Origin: a virus
Virus record (IMG/VR): IMGVR_UViG_3300021956_000002
Coordinates: 1-45,592 of that record
DNA length: 45,592 nt
Reading direction: 5' to 3' (one strand)
A program made the translations under genes and the position numbers. This document shows, piece after piece, positions 1-7,422 of the stretch (its first letter is position 1; every line of letters begins with the position of its first letter). The notes below the pieces were generated by a model that was given only the letters and a program-made list of their open reading frames with translations, ran no database searches and was not told where the DNA came from.

Positions 1-119
1 GGGACGAAGCTATGGTGTATCGCATAGATAACGAAGAAAAGAAAGACGATGACAAGAAGGATATGAAGAAAAAGGATAGTCATCGTAAAAAAGATGACGA
101 AGAAAAATGTGACGATGAC
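1..119. repeat. Terminal direct repeat; nt 1-119 are identical to nt 45474-45592 (circular-assembly overlap or terminal redundancy)
   Basis: Read directly. gggacgaagctatggtgtatcgcatagataacgaag... occurs at both window ends and runs to the last base. Confidence 0.95.
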
Positions 120-584
120 AAAAAAGATGTTAAGAAAAAAGATAAAAAAGACAAAGATTTAGTTGAGTGGGCTAAGGAAGAAGAAAAAGAAGAAGCACAC
201 AAAGACAAAAAAGATGATGACGATGATGACGAAGAAGAGCACAAAGACACAGCTGAAAGTCGTCCAGAGAACGAGGAAGAGGAAGAAGAGGAAATAGAAG
301 AAAAAGCAGAGAAGAAAGATAAAAAGAAGAAGGATGCTAAACGTAGTCGTAAAGACAGTGACGTAATGGCTGAGATCTTAGAAACTCTAGCTAAGCTTAA
401 TGCTAAGATAGACAGCTTTGGAACTAGGATGGACTCTCTTACTTCGATAGAAAAAGAACCTGTGTCCGAAGTAGACAGAGTACTTAGTAAATTTAGTATC
501 CCTTCACAACGTAATGACTCTTCGTTCACTGAGTATAGTAGTGAGAATTACTTAGACAAACTCCTTAAGAAAGGAAAGGTATAA
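1..584 (+). CDS. 3' part of the prohead protease/scaffold-like gene that starts at 44963. The track ORF 12..584 is only its internal Met.
   Basis: The frame is continuous with 44963..45592 through the terminal repeat. About 120 aa of K/D/E-rich low complexity is followed by a coiled C-terminus (MAEILETLAKLNAKIDSF). Stop TAA at 582-584. Confidence 0.6.
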   Translation, partial: DEAMVYRIDNEEKKDDDKKDMKKKDSHRKKDDEEKCDDDKKDVKKKDKKDKDLVEWAKEEEKEEAHKDKKDDDDDDEEEHKDTAESRPENEEEEEEEIEEKAEKKDKKKKDAKRSRKDSDVMAEILETLAKLNAKIDSFGTRMDSLTSIEKEPVSEVDRVLSKFSIPSQRNDSSFTEYSSENYLDKLLKKGKV

Positions 585-585
585 T

Positions 586-1092
586 ATGCCATATACTAAG
601 AATATACAACCTTACGCATTCATTGCTGGCCAAGTTGCTGATAGTAACCCATTTTCCCAACTTTCAGCGTCCAATACTGACACTGTTATTATTCCTTTCG
701 GGATTGCAGTGAAATTGGATGGTGCTACTGCGGGATTCAAACTCCCTGCAGCAAGTGGTGATATCACAAATCGTATGTTCATTGCTTCCATCGGACAAAG
801 AGTTCGTAGTAACTATTATGATGTAAATGGCAACTTAGTAGCAGCTGACACTTATGGTGCTGCACCTGGGTCATCTATGTCTGCTTTCGAACTTGGCGAT
901 ATCGCAGTAGTTGTGGAAGAAGCTGTGTTACCAGGGGACCAAGTATTTATTAGATTCGCTACTGGTGCTGGTGGGACTCAGTTAGGCGCTTTCCGTAAAT
1001 CAGCGGATACAACAACAGCTGCGGCACACCCTTCTTGGTTCTTCCTCACTGGTGCTTCTGCCGGTGGTTTCGCAATCGTCAAAGTAGTATAA
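586..1092 (+). CDS. Head decoration / cement-like protein (DUF2190-like by position)
   Basis: 168 aa, Gly/Ala-rich. Lies between the scaffold and the major capsid gene. ATG is 2 nt after the upstream stop. Confidence 0.4.
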   Translation: MPYTKNIQPYAFIAGQVADSNPFSQLSASNTDTVIIPFGIAVKLDGATAGFKLPAASGDITNRMFIASIGQRVRSNYYDVNGNLVAADTYGAAPGSSMSAFELGDIAVVVEEAVLPGDQVFIRFATGAGGTQLGAFRKSADTTTAAAHPSWFFLTGASAGGFAIVKVV

Positions 1093-1107
1093 AAAGGAGA
1101 TAACGAT

Positions 1108-2220
1108 ATGTCAATGTTCTTAGTCAACCAGCTTGTAAATGAAGATAAAAGTGGACAGTTACGTAAGTTTTTCTCCTCTGAGAAGCGTGAAAAACGATAC
1201 GATTCTCTCTTAGTAGACTTAGCATCCAAAGTATGGGGGACCAGCTTTGGTGGGAAACGCTTTGACGCCAACTCATTGTTACAAACCTATGAAATGGCTG
1301 TAGACCTTGACCGTCGCATGGTTGAGCAAGTAGTCGAAGTTTCCTTTCTTCGTATGAATTTTGGTAACTTCCCTAATGAAAAAATGTTCTATGAGTATAC
1401 GGGAGTTGATCCTACAGCTAAGATTTATTCCCCTATCTTAGTATCCCCTACCGGTCTTGATAATACAAATAAGCAAGGTAACTTACCAGACTATGTAAAC
1501 CCGAGTGAATATCGGTTTATCAAAGCTTCTTCTCAGTTACTTCGTAGACCAATTCGCCAAGAAGTCGAAGGCTTCATGATGACTATTGGTGACTTGGAAA
1601 TCGCAGCTGCTAAGGGTATTGACTTACAAGGTATACTTAGTCGACGTGTTGCTCGTGACTTAGCTATCTCTGAACAATCTTATGCTCTATATAGCACTGT
1701 AGGGTCTACCCCGGAAGAAAAAGGTATCTTTAATAACTCCGCTGTAGGTTCTATTACTCAAGCTATGGTGAACTGGGGCTCAGCTTCTACCACTGGTCGT
1801 GCAATCATTGACAACCTCATCGCTGCTAAAGGTGAGATTATGGGTAGAACAAGGGCTACTTTTGAGACTATGAGAAACCCTTTCTGTTTCATTGTCAGTA
1901 CTCTGAACTACATGATCTTGGAAAGAACTTACTCTGACCTCATGGGTGCTTCTGCCCTAAGTTTCTTAACTGAACGTGGTTTCCGTATTGGCCAATTACC
2001 AGATATGGACAACAACACAATTCTTTTTTACTACAATGACCCAATGAACATCGAACTTAGTACAGCAAGAGTACTAGGCGCGTTGCCACAAAGTTACGAT
2101 GCTAAAACCATTGCTTACTATATGCCCTATGAAAATATTACTGCAGGGTTGACTCTTAAGAGGCCTGAAGCAGTGTACAAAGCAACTGGGATAAACCCAA
2201 GTGCACCGACAGAAGGGTAA
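1108..2220 (+). CDS. Major capsid protein (DUF2184-like by synteny)
   Basis: 370 aa. AAAGGAG RBS precedes the ATG. Position after scaffold plus decoration protein is typical for the major capsid gene. Confidence 0.6.
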   Translation: MSMFLVNQLVNEDKSGQLRKFFSSEKREKRYDSLLVDLASKVWGTSFGGKRFDANSLLQTYEMAVDLDRRMVEQVVEVSFLRMNFGNFPNEKMFYEYTGVDPTAKIYSPILVSPTGLDNTNKQGNLPDYVNPSEYRFIKASSQLLRRPIRQEVEGFMMTIGDLEIAAAKGIDLQGILSRRVARDLAISEQSYALYSTVGSTPEEKGIFNNSAVGSITQAMVNWGSASTTGRAIIDNLIAAKGEIMGRTRATFETMRNPFCFIVSTLNYMILERTYSDLMGASALSFLTERGFRIGQLPDMDNNTILFYYNDPMNIELSTARVLGALPQSYDAKTIAYYMPYENITAGLTLKRPEAVYKATGINPSAPTEG

Positions 2221-2223
2221 ACC

Positions 2224-2619
2224 ATGCCTACTTATACTGTAGCCGACGTTAGGGCATTCTTTAGCAGTGATAAACTTATTACAGCGATGTCAGACGCTAG
2301 GATACAGTATTGGATCGATGACCTAAACACAAAGAATCTATTTGAAACTAGTGTCTGGGGTGAACTACTAAAGAACGGTTACATGAACTTATTGGGTCAC
2401 TTCTTATTAGCTTATGAGACTAACACAGTAGGTTACTCAGGTCAACAGCTGGCCTCTGATTCTACTGGCGCTGTGTCTAAGTCCTGGGCAACCAACCCCA
2501 ACCTTGTAGGCTATGATAATGAATATATGCTTACTAAGTACGGGCGTATCTATCTTAGTCTACTTCGTAGGCTAGCTATTACCTATGGTGGATTCGTAAC
2601 TGTAGGTGTCTACATATGA
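2224..2619 (+). CDS. Head-tail adaptor (DUF4054-like)
   Basis: 131 aa, immediately after the capsid gene. The N-terminal pattern (VADVRAFF...WG...LLGHFL) resembles connector proteins. Confidence 0.4.
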   Translation: MPTYTVADVRAFFSSDKLITAMSDARIQYWIDDLNTKNLFETSVWGELLKNGYMNLLGHFLLAYETNTVGYSGQQLASDSTGAVSKSWATNPNLVGYDNEYMLTKYGRIYLSLLRRLAITYGGFVTVGVYI

Positions 2620-3074
2620 GATTAAGAGACTTAGAGAAATTAAAAGAATTAAGTAAGAAGCACATCACTATTGGTATTCATGGCGCAGAAGGTGAACAGA
2701 AGAAATTAGTTCGTAAAACACCGTATAATAAACCCGGACCTAAATTCGCAGTTTCTCCTACTCTCACAGTCGCTGAAGTAGCTAGCTATAATGAGTTGGG
2801 TCAAGGTGTACCTAAACGTAGCTTCATTGAAAGTACTTTCAAGAAAAATAAAGATAAGATATCCAAAAAATTTAAAGAGCTGTTATCCACTAGGCCTGAC
2901 CAGTCATTCGACTTAATAGGTATCTATATAACTAATCTCATAAAAGAAGGAATAAGAAAAGGAATAGCACCTAGTAACTCAGTAAGAACGATTTCTAGGA
3001 AAGGTAGTTCTACGCCACTTATAGATTCAGGACAACTACGTAATGCCATAACCTACAAGGTACACAATGATTAA
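2616..3074 (+). CDS. Head-tail joining protein, HK97 gp10-like
   Basis: 152 aa. The YNELGQGVPKRSFIEST segment resembles the hEfGT..PaRpF motif of the gp10 family. ATGA overlap with the upstream gene. Confidence 0.45.
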   Translation: MRLRDLEKLKELSKKHITIGIHGAEGEQKKLVRKTPYNKPGPKFAVSPTLTVAEVASYNELGQGVPKRSFIESTFKKNKDKISKKFKELLSTRPDQSFDLIGIYITNLIKEGIRKGIAPSNSVRTISRKGSSTPLIDSGQLRNAITYKVHND

Positions 3075-3948
3075 CCCTGACTTCTTAGTCCCAGTCACCT
3101 TAGTAGACTTTACAGGTTTAGTGACCTATGACAACAATGGGTATGCTATACTCCCTGCATATGTTCTTAGTACAATACTAGGTTCTGTGCAACCAGTTAC
3201 TTCTTCTCAAATTAAGTTTATGAAGGAAGGCACTCACTACTCAGACTACATAAACATGTACACAGACTATCCTCTGAAAGTAGATAGTACTGGAGTGTCT
3301 GTGTCTGACTATATTATCTTTAATAACTTAGTCTATAAAATAATAAGTGACCTTGATTATCAGCACTTAACAGCAATGCAAACTAACCACGTAGCTACGT
3401 TACTATGTAGAGACAATAGAATAAGTTACAATGGTACATCGATATCGATACCTTATCCTGAGATAGATTCTCAGTTCTTTAGCTTCTTTAATCTTATAAA
3501 GCTAGCAAAGGATACCACAGGACTTACTGCTTTGTGGGCATTCCAGCAAGAACTAAGACCAGCATTTCCTTATTGCGTCGTAAACATAGTAGACGTAGAT
3601 AACATAGAAAATACGAATTATACGACACTAGATGGCAGTGGGAACTTTGTTTACAGTAAAGCTTCGGTTGTCCAAGTAACCTTTGGGTTCTATAGCTATG
3701 ACAAAATCGAAGCATTTACATACGCTCAAATGTTCCTCGTGAAAATGGAACGTAGCCAATATATGCCCAATGACACTAAACTTAAATACATGAGTTCTAC
3801 CTTTAACACAACAGTCATAGAAGAATTATATGAGAACCGTAGTATCTTTAGATTCGAAGTTACGATGACTCTTAACGCTGTGTGTGAGTTATCTGATACT
3901 AATACCACCACTATCAATACTATCGCTTACCAATTATCAGGAGTGTAA
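3067..3948 (+). CDS. Neck / tail-terminator region structural protein (unknown family)
   Basis: 293 aa. Translationally coupled between the connector genes and the sheath. Confidence 0.35.
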   Translation: MINPDFLVPVTLVDFTGLVTYDNNGYAILPAYVLSTILGSVQPVTSSQIKFMKEGTHYSDYINMYTDYPLKVDSTGVSVSDYIIFNNLVYKIISDLDYQHLTAMQTNHVATLLCRDNRISYNGTSISIPYPEIDSQFFSFFNLIKLAKDTTGLTALWAFQQELRPAFPYCVVNIVDVDNIENTNYTTLDGSGNFVYSKASVVQVTFGFYSYDKIEAFTYAQMFLVKMERSQYMPNDTKLKYMSSTFNTTVIEELYENRSIFRFEVTMTLNAVCELSDTNTTTINTIAYQLSGV

Positions 3949-3949
3949 T

Positions 3950-5152
3950 ATGAGTGTAAATTTATCCTGGTTAGTCAATGTTAACGTCAGTCTGAATACT
4001 ACGTTGTCTCAGGCACCTAGCTTTAATGACATGATGATTGTCGGAGTATTCCCTACGGCTAGTAGACCTGCTAGATGGGGCGTCCCATTAACTAACTTAT
4101 CCTATGCCTATACTCAGTTGACAGATGTGTTATCTGACTTTCAACCCTTAGAAACAGCTGCTACAACTCAGGCAGACAAAGACAGATATCAGTTCATAAT
4201 CAATGCTGCTACTTTAGTATTTAGTCAATCACCGTCACCGAGTAGAGTATACATTGGATGCATAGACAGTAGCGCAGCTACACCTGGTGACTATGTTACT
4301 CTTCTTAATAATTTATTAACTTACAATAACAACCCATTTGCGTTGTACCTTGCTTACAAAGTAGTCGCTGCAGATATCACTGGGCTCACTGGTTGGTCAG
4401 CTGCGATGAATAATCAGGCAGCGCTAGGTAATCCTAAAGTCATGTTAATCGATGTTGATGACAATGGAGCTATTGCTACCACTGTACAAACAGCGGGTGG
4501 TTCTGACTACATTCTTATATGTAACTACAAAGGGAACCTAACTCCGATAGGGGGAGGGACTACAGCTCCTCTGTCTCTAGGAGCAGCGTGCATGGGAGAA
4601 TACTTCGTAGACTTATTTGCGTCAGGAGTTGGACTCAAACCTTTTGCAGGGATGACTCTGGCGAGTTTACCTGGTGACAACAATATCACCACTTCTAGTA
4701 TAGGCGACACAACTACTGGGCTCATTGGGACTAATAACAATATCTATCCTAGTTTTGGGAATCAAGGTTTAGCCCTTACTCAGTACGGCCTTGTATCTTC
4801 TTCTAAGCCTACAGCACTTCGTTACTTAGACCAGATTGTAGGGTCTGTGTTCCTCAAACTTAATATTCAAAATGACTTTGTTACTTTGTTAGCATCAATG
4901 CAAGGACGTGGTGGACTCCCTTATGAGGACGATGGTATACAGCTCATAATAAACACTTTTAAGGGTTCCTTGAACAAAGCCTTAGACCAAAGAATCATAG
5001 TCCCTTATAAAAATAGTGATATCTCATACAAGAACAAAGCTGATGTAGCACCAATAAACATCACTAACAGAATATACTCTGACCTCTCGGCTAACTTAAC
5101 ATTGTTATCGAGAATACAGAGAATGGTAATCAATGTGAATCTTAATATATAA
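3950..5152 (+). CDS. Tail sheath protein (DUF3383-like)
   Basis: The start is trimmed to ATG 3950, which lies after AGGAG (3936-3940) and the upstream stop at 3946-3948. About 400 aa, directly before a 142-aa tube-sized gene. Confidence 0.6.
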   Translation: MSVNLSWLVNVNVSLNTTLSQAPSFNDMMIVGVFPTASRPARWGVPLTNLSYAYTQLTDVLSDFQPLETAATTQADKDRYQFIINAATLVFSQSPSPSRVYIGCIDSSAATPGDYVTLLNNLLTYNNNPFALYLAYKVVAADITGLTGWSAAMNNQAALGNPKVMLIDVDDNGAIATTVQTAGGSDYILICNYKGNLTPIGGGTTAPLSLGAACMGEYFVDLFASGVGLKPFAGMTLASLPGDNNITTSSIGDTTTGLIGTNNNIYPSFGNQGLALTQYGLVSSSKPTALRYLDQIVGSVFLKLNIQNDFVTLLASMQGRGGLPYEDDGIQLIINTFKGSLNKALDQRIIVPYKNSDISYKNKADVAPINITNRIYSDLSANLTLLSRIQRMVINVNLNI

Positions 5153-5161
5153 GGAGTTACT

Positions 5162-5590
5162 ATGACAGCTATATCTAGGCAAACGTATAGTCCCCTCAAC
5201 CAAATAATAACAATCGGTGCTATACCTTTACAAGGTTTTGCTAGTGGGACTTTCTTAACTATAAGACCTAACACAGACTTAATTAACGAAGATGTAGGCA
5301 GTGATGCAGAGATACATACAACCTATGTAGCTAACAATACAAGCACTGCAGAGTTCCGTGTATACTATGATAACCCTAACTATAAACTTATACAAGCAGC
5401 TATGTTAGCTCAACAGACTGCAGGTGGGTTATTTATACCTTTTGCTTCCGTGAACACAGCTGACCCATTAGACACAGTTACAAGTGCTAAGTCACATTTC
5501 AAAAGATTCGATGACAGAATGTACAGCAACGTCCCAACTGATATGATTAGAACTATTACAATGTTCCTTCATAATACTTTGAGGGTATAA
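5162..5590 (+). CDS. Tail tube protein (DUF3277-like)
   Basis: 142 aa. TAAGGAG RBS. Lies immediately after the sheath. Confidence 0.55.
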   Translation: MTAISRQTYSPLNQIITIGAIPLQGFASGTFLTIRPNTDLINEDVGSDAEIHTTYVANNTSTAEFRVYYDNPNYKLIQAAMLAQQTAGGLFIPFASVNTADPLDTVTSAKSHFKRFDDRMYSNVPTDMIRTITMFLHNTLRV

Positions 5591-5934
5591 TGACTTTTAG
5601 TAAGTTAGACGTAGAGCAAGTAGAAGATGTAAGCAATGAGGGACGAGGTTCATGGAAGCTATTGTCCCCTCTAATATACAATGACATCGAAGTCCCTGTG
5701 GGTTTCGTAACAGACTTTGCTAGCGTACCTCGTATTCCTTTTGTCTTTGATTTATGTGGAGACAGAGGAAACCTGGCCTCCACTGTCCATGACTACTTAT
5801 ACTCAGTAAGGAAGTACCCTAGAAAGCAGTGTGACCAGATATTCAGAGTTGCGTTGATTGACCAAGGAGTCAAACCTTGGATAGCCAGACTTATGTACTG
5901 GGGTGTTAGACTATTTGGCGGAAGTCATTACTAA
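5590..5934 (+). CDS. DUF1353-family protein
   Basis: FVTDFASVPRIP...STVHDYLY matches the tDgaSiP...HD.lY signature of DUF1353. ATGA overlap with the tube gene. Confidence 0.55.
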   Translation: MTFSKLDVEQVEDVSNEGRGSWKLLSPLIYNDIEVPVGFVTDFASVPRIPFVFDLCGDRGNLASTVHDYLYSVRKYPRKQCDQIFRVALIDQGVKPWIARLMYWGVRLFGGSHY

Positions 5935-6564
5935 ACTCTTACTCAGTTCCTTACCGAGTTTCTTAGGGTTCGTAATTCCTTTGTTTAGCATAATTGATAC
6001 TGAAGTTTCCAAAGTCTTCCTTAGACTATCAGCTTGCTCCTTAGTCATGCTTTGTCTCATCCCTTTCTCATAGAACCCAAAAGCAGCTATGTCAGTTTCC
6101 TTGTTCAGATTAACATAATACCCTACGTGGCCTTCTTTTCCTTCCACTGTCTTTCTTACATGGTCTGCTACTGTTTGTTGTACTCTGTATAACGAAGAAT
6201 AATCGTCGTGTCTAATACGTTGTACGACGTTCTTCTTATTACTAAGTTCTTCGCGCATCTTTTTGAACTCAGCAATGTAAGCTTTCTTCCAAGTCATTGC
6301 TTCCTTACCTGTATAACCCATGAGAAGAAGCGTAGTTGCGTCTTCGTCGAGAACATACATTGGCATCTTTTTCCCTTGTGATGTCTTATAGTTAGATAGC
6401 CCAAAATTGGACTCACCTATATGTCCTTCAGAAATAAGGATTTCTAAATCACGTATTACATGTTTGTGCTCTTTCCCAGTGAACTCTGCAATTTTTAAAC
6501 TTGTAGTAGCTGGAACTTTATTTGAGGAGATGGCTTGCAAAGAAACTAAAGACGTGATACTCAT
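5911..6564 (-). CDS. rha: Rha-family phage regulatory / antirepressor-like protein, copy 1
   Basis: The N-terminus PATTSLKIAEFTGKEHKHVIRDLEILISEG is typical of Phage_pRha. It is a paralog of 44050..44670, with long near-identical nucleotide stretches such as 6290-6360 vs 44400-44468. Its 3' end overlaps the convergent DUF1353 gene by 24 nt. Confidence 0.75.
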   Translation of the reverse strand: MSITSLVSLQAISSNKVPATTSLKIAEFTGKEHKHVIRDLEILISEGHIGESNFGLSNYKTSQGKKMPMYVLDEDATTLLLMGYTGKEAMTWKKAYIAEFKKMREELSNKKNVVQRIRHDDYSSLYRVQQTVADHVRKTVEGKEGHVGYYVNLNKETDIAAFGFYEKGMRQSMTKEQADSLRKTLETSVSIMLNKGITNPKKLGKELSKSLVMTSAK

Positions 6565-6597
6565 ATAGAGTACTCCTTGTGGATTAAGGATTATGTG

Positions 6598-6631
6598 GGC
6601 CTAAGTTGAACCAATCGACTTAGGTCTTTTT
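6598..6631 (+). terminator. Rho-independent terminator for plus-strand transcripts, sited in the 5' leader of rha copy 1
   Basis: 9-bp stem (6598-6606 / 6618-6626, ggcctaagt / acttaggtc, one G-U), 11-nt loop, then TTTTT at 6627-6631. Confidence 0.6.
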
Positions 6632-6710
6632 GTTTATATACTACATCGTAGGTCCAGTCAACCAACACTTAGCTATTTCTATAGATACCCAATTACTAAA
6701 TTTAGTTGTA

Positions 6711-6982
6711 GACCTCAAAATTCTGTCTCCTAGTTTTTTTCGGAACTAATAATATACTAGTGTATCAGTTAACTAAATACCAACCAAATTCTCTCTGTCT
6801 CCTAGTCCCGTAACCTAAAACTTTCTTATGTATACCGAGCACAACCTAAATATCCTAGTTTTTAGGGGTTGGCCACAAGGATAAAAATATTTATTTATTT
6901 CTTTAAAACTTACTATATAAGCTAAAAATAGGAAATCGTGGATTATCAACGGTTTTGGACACGTCGATTTTAGGAGACAAAG
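6711..6982. repeat. Iteron-like repeats plus an AT-rich tract (candidate replication origin or regulatory region)
   Basis: CTGTCTCCTAG occurs at 6723-6733 and 6795-6805 with similar left flanks (caaa(a)ttct). An inverted copy TAGGAGACA is at 6971-6979. The inverted pair CCTAGTTTTTAGG (6854-6866) / CTAAAAATAGG (6922-6932) flanks the AT-rich tract 6881-6921. Confidence 0.45.
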
Positions 6983-7093
6983 TTCCAAAATTTAAGAGTT
7001 ATCGTTGGTATTAGCTGGGTAACTTTGATTTGTTACCTTATCGACCCTTGTTAAATTCTAAGATTTTTAACAAATGAAGATTTCTATACTTTA

Positions 7094-7135
7094 TTTGTCA
7101 TATGAGTTGACAAATGTTTCTTTGTAGTGTACTGT
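7094..7135 (+). promoter_or_regulatory. Rightward sigma70-type promoter with an overlapping palindromic operator (site 1)
   Basis: -35 TTGACA 7107-7112, 17-nt spacer, -10 TACTGT 7130-7135. Palindrome TTGTCA-N7-TGACAA at 7095-7113. Confidence 0.55.
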
Positions 7136-7157
7136 GATTACGAGGAGGTAAAGTATC

Positions 7158-7370
7158 ATGGCTACAAAGGTCATAACCAAAGTTGACAGAGGGAAGGTAC
7201 TTAGTATCAATGGGAAGATGACGATAGACCAAGTTGCGGAGTTACTAGGTGTGAGTACAAGGACTATAAGAAGATATATCAAGGACTATAGACTACCTAC
7301 TGAGTACTGTGTACTCAATAACAGAGCTGTCATAGTTATAAACCTAGAACATATAAAAGACTTGATATGA
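7158..7370 (+). CDS. Small HTH DNA-binding protein (excisionase/AlpA/MerR-like HTH_17 type)
   Basis: MTIDQVAELLGVSTRTIRRYIKD is a canonical helix-turn-helix. GAGGAGG RBS. First gene after the promoter/operator. Confidence 0.6.
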   Translation: MATKVITKVDRGKVLSINGKMTIDQVAELLGVSTRTIRRYIKDYRLPTEYCVLNNRAVIVINLEHIKDLI

Positions 7371-7422
7371 AAAAATCTAGGCTACTATGAATAACCTAGA
7401 CCAAACATGAAGGGTATATACA

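Noticed and set aside
12-584. ORF 12..584 as a stand-alone K/D/E-rich protein.
   Set aside because: The frame is open back to the window start and is continuous, via the 119-bp end duplication, with the ORF starting at 44963. It is the C-terminal part of the protease/scaffold-like gene.
3884-3949. N-terminal extensions in the track for several ORFs: 3884 (sheath), 28463, 29106, 31280 (HNH), 33039 (SSB-like) and 34247 (GH26-like).
   Set aside because: In each case an internal ATG with a proper GGAG-type RBS abuts or minimally overlaps the upstream stop. The extensions overlap the preceding gene or a small conserved ORF.
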